DNA of 63,460 nucleotides, counting the filler, from Perkinsus chesapeaki ATCC PRA-425 (Eukaryota; Protista; Perkinsozoa): NCBI GenBank assembly GCA_013115145.1. It is 9 parts of 9 records of this genome, joined end to end, with 100 filler letters (N's around TTAATTAATTAA, not from the genome) between each part and the next. Parts side by side here need not be neighbours in the genome. Positions count along the whole stretch, not along the records: positions 1 to 22,589 come from JAAPAO010000575.1; 8 more parts are not named here. One strand, given 5' to 3'. Positions 1-12,061 of the stretch are shown here, piece by piece; positions within the stretch are counted from its first letter, which is position 1, and every line of letters starts with the position of its first letter. The translations under genes were made by a program, and so were the position numbers. The notes under the pieces are model-generated. The model was not told where the DNA came from. It was given only the letters and a program-made list of their open reading frames with translations, and did no database searches.

Positions 1-64
1 GCCTAATGGATAAGGCGTTGGTCTTCGGAACCAAAGATTGTGGGTTCGAGTCCCACCGAGATCG
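1..64 (+). tRNA. tRNA-Arg(TCG), first 9 nt cut off by the window start
   Basis: D-arm GCCTAATGGATAAGGC, anticodon arm TTGGT-CT-TCG-GA-ACCAA, T-arm GTGGG-TTCGAGT-CCCAC. The 3' acceptor CGAGATC pairs with GGTCTCG, seen in the copy at 130. Confidence 0.95.
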
Positions 65-129
65 ACCAAGAGTATGAAATTGTATTTCAATCAATCTAGA
101 GCATAAATACGAGTGATTGTCTCTTCGCT

Positions 130-193
130 GGTCTCGTGGCCTAATGGATAAGGCGTTGGTCTTCGGAACCAAAGATTATGTCCCACAATCGAC
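130..193 (+). pseudogene. tRNA-Arg(TCG) pseudogene with deleted T-loop
   Basis: Identical to the first copy from GGTCTCG through AAAGATT (130-177). It then reads ATG-TCCCAC, so GGTTCGAG is missing and the acceptor 3' strand is degenerate. Confidence 0.85.
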
Positions 194-519
194 TAGAGAT
201 TGCAATTGTATTTGAAAATTCCTGCCAGTGTGTAGCATTAACGATTGGTACAAAACGCGGGATACGAATGGCGGATACTTGTCTTAAAGAGATCATGTTC
301 ATGGAGTCTGGCCGAGCTCATCGCAGTCAGGAAGGACCCTGAGGAACAATCCGCTAGCTGTGTGCCACAAATACAGTGTAAAGACCATGCGCTGTATGGA
401 CGAGCTGCAAGAAATACAGCTCGGGCATCTCATCGAGTTATTGATGGATGGCTCTCACAGGATTTTCGCTGCTCTCGCTGCTCCCTTCCGGTGCACGTGC
501 AATCTTCAATCTGATGTGC

Positions 520-2600
520 TCATTCCATCTTGGGCAGGATGCAACTATCTCGGCACAAACATTGACTTTGTTCACAACTTTTCCCACTATGGTGTGGGTT
601 CCAGACACCTGAGAGCTTCAATGAAGGAACACCGATGATTCGCTTGCGAAATGGCGCTACCATCCGTTCGAGACTTGCTGTGCGCTCTTGAAGGCGACGG
701 AGCCGAGCGCGAGCCTGCGCAGAAACGTAAGGAACACAGAACACGTGCGTTGACGAAACGTACTATTTCTATTTTCCGTGTCACCACAGACACTCTCTTC
801 ACGTTCTCCATAAGATCTTTACTCCTGCAAACATTTGACAAGCCCGCATGAATGCACGGGTGGACTTCATGCCTTACTGGATATCCCCTTTGATACGTCT
901 GAGGCCATTTGAAAATTCCTCGACAGTTAAGCTTCCATCGCCGCTAACGTCAAGAATCGTCCACAGCTCATCCATTTCGTTGGGATCGAGGTCAAGCACC
1001 TGCCACCCAGATTGGTCAGTTTGTAATTTTATGGGATGTTGCAAACGGTCACCGTTTAACGATGGCAAATAGAATTACACCATACCCTCCTTCCAGGTGG
1101 CGTAGGACGGCAACGGAGGGCACAATTTGTGTACGCGGAGTATGGCTGGATTATTATACATGCCGACCTTCAATTTATTTTGAACCGTCCGATTGCACAG
1201 AACTGCCTGGTGGAACTCCTCGAATGTAAGCTCACCACTGCCATCAGAGTCAAGTTCTCTGAAAAGCTCGGCCAGGCTACTTATCTACACAAAGATATTG
1301 TTTGAGAGGATTTGGATTTGGTTTATCCTTTTAGCTTGTTTACCTCGCTCTGTTTTTTGTGCTCACGTATCTTGGCTTGCTCCTCTGCATCAGCTTTGGC
1401 GATTGAGAAAGCATTTTCCACAATTACCGCAGTAATGAGGTTCATCAGCACCATCACCACGCACTGAGAGATAAAAGGGTCCTGCTTCAAATGAATGGAT
1501 GATTCTCAACACCAGTATAACGGCCACGAAGAAGACTGTAACCGTTCCCGGTGCTTTTGCTTGCATAGGCCTGAGCAGGGCAGTGAAATAAACCTCCCGA
1601 GAGATTTCCCTCTTTTCAAACGCAGTCGCACAGTTACCGAGCAATGGCTGTCCAGGAGTCGAGTGTCATAACTTGAAACAAAGTGAACATGGCGCGTGGA
1701 ACGTTACCAAAATATTCTTGAACTGAAATGTCACTCCTGAGAGTAAACATCGTATGGAGTGTCATCAAGGAACGGCTCACTGAAACACTTCCATCCGCGC
1801 TATGATCTCTACGGCAAAGATAGAGAATACGAACAGAATTGATGCAATAAGGACATATCTGAGGTAGCAAGGCCGTTGTGGTAATATCCTTTCCAACACA
1901 TGACTGGCATACGTCCAAAATAGTGTTCGGGCTGATGAAGCGAGACCTCTGACCATATTCCATACAACGCGGAAAAACGGGATGACTCGAACAGCTTTGA
2001 TGACACGGATAGTGCGCATTATACCTGAAACCAGAGATTGAACAGATACTTCATCGGTGCTCTAACACGTGATATTGTCTCATCCAGACTTACGCAGTGC
2101 TTGAAGGATCCTAAAGAAGTCGGCCGTTCTTGAGTTCGAAGTTAACCAGACACCATTGCAGTACAAGAATGCCTAGGGTGGTTCAGATAGCTGATTCGGA
2201 AGGAAATCTTATGTTTTCTTACTAAAACTGCCTCTCCTAAATACCACTTGGTATAGAGCAAATAGAGGCGGCCATAGCCTGATGAAAGTCGTCGGAATAT
2301 ACAACATGATCACCTTACTTAGTATCCGCAAGGAGAGGTCAAACACGAATAATACCGCGAAGAATTGTTCTACTACATCGAGTATAGGGAATCTAAGTAT
2401 CTTCAACTACGAATGTACGATTTAGTATCGCACGAGAGGCTCAGCTGATCACTTAGCAACCTTGTGGAATGCCCGGCGCTGGTCCGAGGAATGCACTGGG
2501 CTCGGAGACTTACAATCCGTTGTTGTCTTCGTGTATGCTGAACTGTATGGCCAAGAAGACACAGTGTACAATGACCATGAAGCCCATCATACGCTCATGT
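520..2600 (-). CDS. Single-domain (6TM) voltage-gated cation channel with two C-terminal EF-hands; multi-exon, 5' end uncertain
   Basis: Spliced exons give S1 MMGFMVIVHCVFLAI, S4 FFRILQALRIMRTIRVIKAVRVIPFF, pore FGNVPRAMFTLFQVMTLDSW, and EF-hands DSDGSGELTFEEF (~1215-1250) and DVSGDGSLTVEEF (~910-950). Confidence 0.88.
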
Positions 2601-3717
2601 GCAGGGCTGTCTATGTAATGCTTTAACCTACCCTCTCAACAGGACCGATACGAATGGGTAATCAGCGTACCGCGGGAAATATGGGTGGGCGTAGTTTGGC
2701 CTGCTTTTGAGTACCCTATCGACGTACCTAATAGAGCGACTTCAAGACTCGAGTACACCGCGGCTTGTGTGTACACTTTCTGTGCAACCCCACTTAGACG
2801 AGTGAGCTCAAGGAACCACGCGAACGCCCAGTTTTGATGGTAAAGTTTGTCAATGTACTCTGCCATAAGCTCTCGTGCCTATACAAGCCCAATGCCGACA
2901 AGTCGATCCTTCTGGGTTCAGATCACGGCGGGAACGTCAGAGTCCTCGTCATCTCCCGACTCTGCGTTGCTCCCTTCCGTGCAGTCCTGATAGCGCTCGC
3001 TTGACCGCGTAGTTCCCCTGCTGCCATCTCCCGGCTTCGAGGATGGTCTCTGTTCTGACGAGGATGTTTCTGAACGTAGTTGTTAGATCTGACTTAGTCA
3101 TAACAGCCATACCCGCTGACAGCCCTCGGGACGCTGCTTCAGCTCGTTCCTCGTGATTCACTAAGGTGCCATCTGGCCGATAAATGTAATCCTGTTGTGA
3201 CTAGTAGAGCAACGTATTCTTGCGGCCGCTTACTCCAAGTGACCGGCGACGCTGCGCCTGGTTCTGCGCTTGTCTCGCTGCAGCCCTGTGTGCGTAAGAA
3301 TTTGTCTCCTGAGGAGCCGAGGGAACCTTATGAGTGTGGGTCTGGTGAATGGCTTAACCTCCTCATGAGGTGGTTCCAGAAAGATTTCTGGAATGCACGT
3401 TATCGGCGTAATGAACATCGGGACTTCTTCCTTTTCATCCCCCATTTTATGCTCGGGGTTCATTACAAATTCACGCTCCTGTGTGTTTTTCGATGAGCTA
3501 TCATCCTCCGCTATGATTAGAGTGATTATCGATCTAGCGACTTGCATGGCCGCAATTCACACCCGCATGTGAGTCTAGACCACAATAAACTCAACTGGAA
3601 TAGCAACAGATTTCTGGTGAACAGTTCAAGTACAACGTGGAAGAGAACAACACCTTAACATGTCATTTAGTATCTCTCAACAACTTTATTTGCTCGACAA
3701 GTGTAACAGGATGCGAA

Positions 3718-5286
3718 ATGGATCCTGTTCGTCGCGGTGTGAGTGGGACGGCCGTCTCGCTTGCTGCGAGTACCTTCTAAAACATGGGAACCACGGAAGA
3801 GGAGAGTTCGAAGCACCTCCTCCAAAAACTCCTCGCCACAAACTACACCTTTCAAAATCTGCTTACAATCATGATCAGTGACAGCAATGACTTGTGTTAG
3901 TTCGGTGAGGTGGAGCCCACCAGAGTTATTAAGGTCTACGCCCCTGACACAGAGCCGCCTTTTCTATATCCGACGAGGCCTTCCTTCTTCTATGTTACTT
4001 GAACGCTCCCCTCATCTGTTCTTTGGTCAACCAGTTGACCCCGCTTGTATGGAGCATGTGACAGAAGTCGGCATAAGAAACATACCACAGTCTGACACGA
4101 AAAAGCTCAGCCACGTTGAGTTCCACGTCGTCTTACTTTTGGCGGTCGGTGCATTGTCCTTCAGAGTTTTTCAAGGCAGAGTCGCCGGGGTCGAGGACCT
4201 GTAGAGATCCATTATCGGCCAGACAGCGAAGGGGACTTACGCCGATGAGGAGCCGCCGCCTCTTCTCGATCTGCTTTTTAACTCCTCGCAACACATAATG
4301 CAGCTTTACAGCACTTGCAACAAGGAGGTCCTTCTGAGGCGTGCTGCGACCTAACAATCAGTTGAAGATCACATGTGAACGTCATCTCAGTCTCCTACTT
4401 GGGCAGAACACTGCAGGGGCAAGTGATGCAAATGCTACACAGGAGCCAAGAGCTGGCGAAGTTGCAGTATGAGGGTTATAAGAAGGACGGCGTGCTGGAT
4501 ACACCTTTAGTTCAATCTGCTTGCGGCGCTTTATTACTCACCAAGGTAACATCCATCATCTACAGTGATAGGGCCGGTTGCAACGGTGCTCCCATGTCTT
4601 TTCCGCGATTCAATCTGGCTGGCTTCGGCCTGTGTAGAGGCTTGGAAAGGTGTACAGCAAAGCTTATGGATACTTTACTTGGAGGTTTCTATGACGAAGC
4701 TCTTGCTCGTATTCAACACACCGGCGACACGTCCGACAACAGTCTCGATCAACTGAGGAGCCTCATCAACACTAAGCCCTGGAGAGCTGAGGTTAGATGA
4801 CTGCACACTTTCCGCTTGGCTTTTGGTGCCCTCCATCGTCTGCTTGCTATACTCGCTTCCTCTCCCTGAACAGAGCACTACTAAATGCCGCGAGAACGTC
4901 AATCGCAACGTACCTTTGAGCCTCGACTTGTCGACTGTTTCACCTTCAACGGCCTGCCATCGAGCAGAAGTATGATTTCCCACAGAGATAGTATGGGCTA
5001 CTCGTATATGTCGCCAACAGCCTTTCCTACAGTCATCACTTATACCGTGGCATCGTGAGTACAAGGCTTGTACCAGCTCCTAGCATTACGGAGCCATCTG
5101 ACTCTACGGAAGGCAAACCTTACGGGTCCCCAGCGCCGTGGTTCGATCTTAGCTCGCAGCATCGGTGTTGAACAGGTGCCGTCTAAATCTCTAGAACTTC
5201 TGCTGCGTACTAGGTGGTTCATGGAGCATTCTTTAGCGGCAGCCGCGCACTATGAAGGTAACGCAGTTCAGCAAGTTTTTAATTGA
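3718..5286 (+). CDS. Hypothetical multi-exon protein
   Basis: Chained + strand ORF pieces (3878-4204, 4375-4800, 5068-5286) are separated by short GT..AG segments. No recognisable domain; boundaries approximate. Confidence 0.4.
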
Positions 5287-5327
5287 CAAACTCGGCATCG
5301 ATGGTTGTTAACAAGGCTTTGGTAAAT

Positions 5328-6530
5328 TCACGCATGCTCCTTGCGCACGCCTTTAAGTGTATCACCCTCCCTCTTAACAGGAGAGCACAATCCCCGCCAC
5401 ACACTGTCATTCGTGGTCGCCCAGCCTGAGCTGGGGTGTGTAGAGTGCCGAATACATGACAACTTACCGGGCAACATTCTGTCCAGGTATGAACGCTGTC
5501 CAGGGTGAAGAAGATGATTATCTTTCGAGACCGCAATATGACCCCGGGGGTCCCACTTTCCCTTGGGAAAGTCCGCTACTGGCTTCCATGCGGTATCTGA
5601 CACTCCACACTTATACAACATGCCTCTTGGTGACCACACCTTTGTAAGGCACTTTTAGCAAGTCATTTGTCTCGTTAAATCTTCGACGAAGCGGAGGAAG
5701 TTTAGGGAGGCCTGACGTAGCGCAGTAGGCTTGTGCTCGACGCTAGTTGCACGGTATGAATCACCGCTGGATGAGTCGCCTTGCTTTGCTTGCGTCCCCT
5801 TGTTGTTTTTGAGTACAGGCGTACTTCGTGACCGTCGGCGCCGTTTTTCCTTAGACCTTCCCAGTTGTGAAACCAACTGTCAGGAGACCACTTCGACCCC
5901 AATATGGGCCTACAGCTTTTTGATCTCATCTCACCATGTTGTAGAATGTATCAGCTGGTATTATCGGCTTATCGAAATATTCCCGGGCGTAGGATGAGTA
6001 CACAGGGTTATCCTTCGAGAACGTCACGTGATGAAGTTTATCTGAGAATAGAAGACACAGTGTTGCCTGTATGACGGAAAGTTCGCGTTCCTCTCGGATC
6101 ACAGGCTCACCCCAGTCAGTCCGCGTTTTATTTTTCTTCTGTGACGTCGAATTGAGCTTTAGTCTTTGCTCTTTCAGAAAGTCCAACAGGACGTTCCCGC
6201 TCGGTTGTCCGGCCGCCCTAGCAACCGATCCAAACGCCCGTGACCGTGCTAGCTCACTTCAGCTGCGTTATAGTTCCTCCAAACTCAACCTCTTTGATCT
6301 TAGGGTTCAATGGCCAAGTGAGGTTCCTGGGATCTGAACAATCCATACTGCGTGTATGATTCGCGTAACAGATTCCTCGTTCTAGCAAGCGACATTGCTG
6401 GTTCAACTATCCCTCAATTCGATGTTGTGTTACCAAGTGATTTGGACCGTCGTCTTCCCTTCCGGTTTCTTTTTCTCTCTTTGCGTTTGCTGCCTCGTTT
6501 CAGCTCTAAAATACATAACCCGTGGGCTCC
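5328..6530 (-). CDS. Hypothetical basic protein with a repeated SKDN...R.Y.D motif; multi-exon
   Basis: Minus-strand exon ORFs 5926-6186, 5655-5876 and 5328-5639 contain HVTFSKDNPVYSSYAREYFDK and HIAVSKDNHLLHPGQRSYLDR. Confidence 0.55.
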
Positions 6531-6891
6531 ATAAGCACCGTTCCAACTGAAGCCCCATCGCGGCGACAGTGCTACACGATCTCGCCGAGAGCTACTCGGT
6601 CTGCCATAGTTTTCGACGAGAATTGAAAAGTCCAGACGCCCAAGGATGAAAGTGGAGTTATGATATAATGTAATGGAGCTTACTTAGTTTCGGCTCGACT
6701 TCCAACGATACCTTCTTTGTTGATATGTCCGGCATAATAAGACTCACAGTACGCCGCACGATTAACAGGGCGAACACTTCGTTCAGATGTTAGTTGCTGA
6801 TATTGTCACGCGCCACAAAATACTCGAAGAGCTTTTCCTCATTCTGGAATTTTTTGAGCACGTTCAGAATACATTTTATATCCTAAGGATC

Positions 6892-6997
6892 GTTCAATAA
6901 ACCGATTTTGAAATTCAGAATCGATTCCAGAACTGCTTTTTACACGTAAAATCGGATGATGGAATCGATTCTGAATCTCAGAATTGGTTTAGTGAAC
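6892..6997. repeat. 38-bp imperfect inverted repeat (long hairpin)
   Basis: 6892-6929 pairs with 6960-6997 (core AAACCGATTTTGAAATTCAGAATCGATTCCA / TGGAATCGATTCTGAATCTCAGAATTGGTTT), with two G-T pairs, two mismatches and a 30-nt loop. Confidence 0.85.
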
Positions 6998-7198
6998 ATT
7001 GGGCAATTCTGGATTTGAGTCTGGAACAATTTCTCTGAACGCGTTTTTCACAAAACTCATTCTGGAATGAGTTCTGAATTCCAGCATTGATCTATTGATT
7101 GAATATTATTGAACATCCCGTAGACGTTAATTTCCGGCACATATCCTTTCCCCTTCATCATCTTTATACGGAACGTAAAACCAATCGTTGCCTTCAGT

Positions 7199-8492
7199 AT
7201 GTTGCCCCAGATGCTATTACTGCTATTCATCATACCCTCTGTAACTATCGGCCTCCAGAGCTCTTTGCGTCGTTGGTTTACGGGGGGCTCCAAGTCGACC
7301 GTCGAGCGCGGGAAGACCGCCCGACCCGCCGATCAGTCCATACGTTCCGCGCCCACGGCAGACACTGTATTGGAGACATTCCGTATGGAAACGGTGATGC
7401 CTTTCCAAATTTCTTCGTAGTAGCTGGAAGCATTCTGGTGGTGAGCAGGACGAGAAATTCCTAACAGACCCCGAAAGTGACTCAATACCTATTCTTGTAG
7501 GAGGGCGGTGTAGCTTATTTTCATCTATGCAGCATAGCAGGTTCGAGCTGACATCGGCATCTCTTGCGATGGAAATCTCGATTTCTTGAAACCAGGCTAC
7601 GCGAGCATCTATAGAACCGAGTAGGACAGAGGGTTCATATTTTGGTACCCTACGCATGTTAGGAAACCTCTTGATGAGCACGATGACTATAATACTGTAA
7701 CACATTATGTATACTTGGACCCTTTAACCAAAGATCTGTCTGTCCTCTCAAGAGGGAAGGACTTGGTATCTGGAGCAATGTTGAATTGGGCAGACCGTCT
7801 GGCGAGTGCCCCGAAACCTAAGCCTGTTGTCTACACCGATGGGCCATTCGACGCAATTAGAACCGCATTTCTGAATAACAAGAATGCCTACGCTCCTCTC
7901 GTGGTGGGGTATTCACTGCATCACCGCGCTCAAGAGTTCCTCGAGAAACTATCCGTTCCTCCGAAGGCCTCCCATTCGTGTGTAGGCCTGAGGGACTCGA
8001 CCAATCCTCAGATTCATAGGTTCTTCTATGGCATGCCGTTAAGATAACCAGGTCCGTCCGGAAATGCTTCAAATATTGTAAATTGATTTAGGGAAAGCCA
8101 TGTCTCGGAGTTGATCTTTTCTTTGATCAAGAAAATAAGGCATTCCATATTTTCTCCCTTTACCAGGATGATGAAGGGACGCCGATGAAGTAGTAAAGGT
8201 TCCTGACATCAGCATTGATACGTGTTTCAGGGAGCTGGCGTCTCTAAACATAGACTATACACACCAATTGATGCTGCTGGCTGACAAGTACAACGATATC
8301 AGCAATAGTACTTTGCAGCTTGTGGCCTATGGACGTCACGTAGCTGTCACATCGCGGAGTAAGACCAAGGAGTTCGGTATATCATGGCTTAAAAAGTCCG
8401 AGCTCTTGGTGAATAAAAGGAAGGCCGTCGTATTGATCCATGGTTATGTTTTGGGATGGCCGGATTATCTTAAAGGGTATAAGTTCGACTGA
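7199..8492 (+). CDS. Hypothetical secreted protein, multi-exon
   Basis: Starts MLPQMLLLLFIIPSVTIG (signal-peptide-like). GT..AG introns follow, e.g. gtatgg..ttcgtag at ~7382-7419. Downstream exon ORFs 7715-8047 and 8268-8492. Confidence 0.5.
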
Positions 8493-8764
8493 TTTTTACT
8501 TCTCATTCTCATGTTTATGAAGATAGCTGTACGGTGTCCGCGTGTTAAGAAAGTTACGCTGTTGTGTTGTAGTTTTAAGGTTATTGCATTCACGCCACAG
8601 CGATACTGGGTATAGGGAATCCATCCATCCACGGGAAATGCCTCGCCATATGTGAGGAATGGTGCAGCCGACTTCAGTGAGTGAATTCCCACTAAACTGA
8701 GGTGTACTGCCGCCAACGTAGAGTCTGACGGAGCCAGGTTGCTTGAAGTTTATCGTTTTACATT

Positions 8765-9600
8765 ATGGATTCAAGGGAGTACCTTACACATCTGCGAATG
8801 CTCCAGAAGAAGTTGAACACATTCCGGGATCAGCTTCTCCGCATGGATTTACTCTCCATCACGCGGGTAGTAGTCTGGGTCATTAGAAGGGCAGTGGTTA
8901 AAAAGCTATTTTGCATGTTCCAGGTTTCTGGGGCTGGCTTCGATATAGACGGCGAAGGAGGGGCTCCACAGCAGACCGAACCATCTACTCTCCAAAAACA
9001 GGCGTACCTATCCCGAGTCACTCCGATGGGCTAGCACTGTTCTGTCAGATATTGGGAGGCGTTGCTGCAGAAAATGAGCAATCTTATAACAACCTTGAAG
9101 CAGATTCAGTCAGCAATGCACAGGGACTTTTATCTCGTAAGCATTGCCCTCTTCCCGTCCTCGAGTGAGGCCCCTCTAGCTAGGCGTGGCACCGGGTACG
9201 CATATTTACATGAGTCCGGCAGCTGTGCCGGAGATGCTCAAGTTGCCAGAGCGAGCCGAGTACTGAACTCCATGGGGCTTGCTGCTGTTATAGCCCATCA
9301 GGTATAAGGTGGGGCTCACTGGTGACACTACCAACGTGGGAAGTAAAGTGGGAAAGAGAAAAGCGAGAGATACTGAGACGGCCCAGGGCGATGGGGAGGC
9401 TCCGGAGATTAAACGACAGAAGATGGAGAGGAAGATAGACCTTTACAATCGAGCCATGGATAAGGTCCTCAGCAACACTATAGTACGGTTATCGGGGGGG
9501 ATCACTCGGGAAGTGCTAGTTGGTTAGGATGCTGTTGAGGAGAGTTCGGTGCCGTTGAGACCTGCGGTGCCATCGGCCGGGAAGAGCGAACCTGAAGAAG
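8765..9600 (+). CDS. Hypothetical multi-exon protein with NLS-like basic motifs
   Basis: Consecutive exon ORFs 8765-9034, 9062-9307 and 9309-9527 include KVGKRKARD and EIKRQKMERK. 3' end uncertain. Confidence 0.45.
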
Positions 9601-9841
9601 GAGAGGTATTACATCGCCGTTTGAGTCTAATACTTGAGAGTATCTTAGGTTGCTGTAAAGGGGCGGGGTGTTAGAGTGGAGGATGTTGTTAAGATGTTAA
9701 CCACTATGACAAGTGCAGAGCGACAAAAGCATATGCGATGATGGAACGTTTCTAAAATATCAATATTTGAGTTCGAAGTTCAATGACTTCCAGGAACGGT
9801 GTTCCCTGGTATCTGAGTAAAGTGATTGTTGGACCATACCA

Positions 9842-10081
9842 ATGCCACGCTCTGACCCCACCGACCTATCTGAGCATCTTATCAATCCTAGCCATCAGCC
9901 GAAGAGAAGACTGCGAAACATAGTCATCGGCTTTATTGTTATCATTATCATCTTTGCGGCTCTGTACGGTATTAGATCCCTTGTTGTGAAGGAGCCGAAG
10001 GAGAAGGTGCCCGAGGTTCAGCCTGATACGCCGGTTCCGACGAACGCCATGTCTAGTTCCGTTGGCAATCTCTATGCGTAG
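9842..10081 (+). pseudogene. Truncated duplicate of the 5' end of the 12062 gene
   Basis: ~9780-10029 is nearly identical to ~12000-12249, including upstream sequence. It then diverges (PDTPVPTNAMSSSVGNLYA*) and stops. Confidence 0.8.
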
Positions 10082-10741
10082 ATCTTAGAATGCAGTGCGC
10101 CCAAGATAGCGCTTTTAATGTAACCTGCGATACAGTGATTTCCAACCATGTTCGTCATTAATGTCCAAAGTTAAGGCGTAAAGTCTTCTAAAGGGCTTCT
10201 TCGTTAAACAAACTGTGTTGTCTGTCCTTCCATCATTGGGGCATGAATCCCTTCCTGATCCACTTGTGGCTAGCATGAACTGCTATTCGATTAGTTGTCG
10301 GGATTCAAGGAACTGTCATATGTTGCTCTTAATTTCACGTCAGTATTATCAAAAGCTAATACTTCCGTTGAGGGAATTACTGGTACTGACTTGTTTTCTC
10401 CAGCAAAGCCCATCACTTATAGTTCTGTTCTCTGAGGGCATGGGCGCAGGGTCCCCGGCTACGTCTGATACAATCAGCACCTCCCCGGCTGTCGACCGAG
10501 CGCTCCAAGTGGAGGTCTTGCAAAGCGCTATTATGCAGTTTCTCTCGGTACCCTCATTGGCAGCGTATGCTAAGGCTGCTTAGGCTATTATAACACGCAG
10601 TAGTCAGGTTCGGCAGGGTCTCGTCAAAGGTATATAAGGTTTTCGATTCCGAGCTCGCCTGGACGGGATGTCGGCTCCAAACCTGCCGCATAGTCCCCTC
10701 CGTTACGCACATCGAAGGGGTAACTGCAAAAGAAGTGTTTC

Positions 10742-11416
10742 ATGCTTCCCATGAGGCATCCAAGGTGGCTGAATGCAACTACGGATGAAGGAGAAGAAGT
10801 CCATGCTGATCAGGGCCTTGTCGCATATGAACAACGCGACTTTGAAGCAGCGAAGCTCTCCTACGAGCGGGCTATATCGATTCTTCGAGGTACGCGTGGA
10901 GGCTAGGATTCCACGCCTATTGGTTTCTATCAGACGTTAGCTTTATTACACGGCTTGCTGACGTGAAGTATGCTATGAGGGATAGGCAAAGCGCCAAAGC
11001 ACTTTACGAAGAAGCGCACGTGAGACTACCACTAACCGGGCTGTGGTTATAATAAGACGTGCTTAGGCCCTCGATCCGAAGAATTCGTATGCTGTGAATG
11101 GCCTTGCTCTTTTCGCGCGAAATCACAGCGAAGAGGAGCGCTTGCTACGTTTAGCGGTGGAGCTGGACCCTACAAACAGCTACGCTCTAGCGAACCTAGG
11201 TGGCATTATCATGTGTGAAGGGTGGGACGAGCTCTCTCGAATGCGAAACAAAGAGGCCGAGGAGCTCTTGCAAAGGTTTGTCGTTAGCAGCGACCGGAAT
11301 CTCGGATGTCTACGTGTTTTAGAGCGGTAACGCTAAATCCAAAGTTATTCTACGCACCACGGATGTTGCAAACTGTACGGGCTATTCAAGAACTGAATAA
11401 TATGGAGCCTTTTATA
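10742..11416 (+). CDS. TPR-repeat protein, 4 exons
   Basis: Removing three ~45-nt GT-AG introns gives QGLVAYEQRDFEAAKLSYERAISIL..AKALYEEAHALDPKNSYAVNGLA..RLAVELDPTNSYALANLG..LQRAVTLNPK, which fits the TPR A..L.P consensus. True start may lie upstream. Confidence 0.8.
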
Positions 11417-11586
11417 AACAGAATGTTCGCCAGAGTCGTAGAACGTGATAATGAATAGCAGGTTTCTTTAACGGCTGATAGAGTTTGGTTGCAAGTCGTG
11501 AGAGGCGTTGGAGTTGATTCCGTTTGCACGCGGACATTCGGTGAGGTGAATGAAGCCCGGCCGGTAATTCATCGTATTTATCGTGA

Positions 11587-11659
11587 GGGGGACTAGCTCA
11601 AATGGTAGAGCGCTCGCTTAGCAAGCGAGAGGCACCGGGATCGATGCCCGGGTTCTCCA
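11587..11659 (+). tRNA. tRNA-Ala(AGC)
   Basis: 73-nt cloverleaf GGGGGACTAGCTCAAATGGTAGAGCGCTCGCTTAGCAAGCGAGAGGCACCGGGATCGATGCCCGGGTTCTCCA with the G3:U70 alanine identity pair. Confidence 0.95.
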
Positions 11660-11927
11660 CTCTTTGTTTGCCAGTCCTTGATAGTTCAGCCTGAGTATTA
11701 GAATGTAGAAACCGTAGCTATCGGACATTCCCATGTTATCAAATTTTACACCACTCCTACACGTAGGGTTCATGATCTTGTCATCGGATATATTTTATGG
11801 TGTAGCGATCAATGGGTTCAGCGGACGTCCGTTTAGAAGAGCTTGTTTCTCATGCGAGCGGTAGGCCAGTGCCAGTAGTCCCGTTCACAGGATGATACAA
11901 GAGTGCCTCTAGTACTATGAAAGTAGC

Positions 11928-11958
11928 TACCTCTATGTTAGATTCTAACATAGAGGTA
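11928..11958. repeat. Perfect 14-bp-arm palindrome
   Basis: TACCTCTATGTTAG-ATT-CTAACATAGAGGTA. Confidence 0.9.
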
Positions 11959-12061
11959 ACATCTATGTTTCTCGCGGATCAGGCTTAGGGGTTAGGAGTT
12001 CAATGACTTCCAGGAACGGTGCTCTCTGGTATCTGAGTAAAGTGATTGTTGGACTATATCA

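Noticed and set aside
7223-7705. 160-aa minus-strand ORF
   Set aside because: It overlaps a plus-strand gene that has a signal peptide and GT-AG introns, so it is likely a shadow ORF.
11711-11722. ACCGTAGCTATC resembling the 5' part of the perkinsid/dinoflagellate spliced leader (ACCGTAGCCAT..GGCTCAAG)
   Set aside because: Only the first ~12 nt match. The GGCTCAAG end and the following GT donor are absent.
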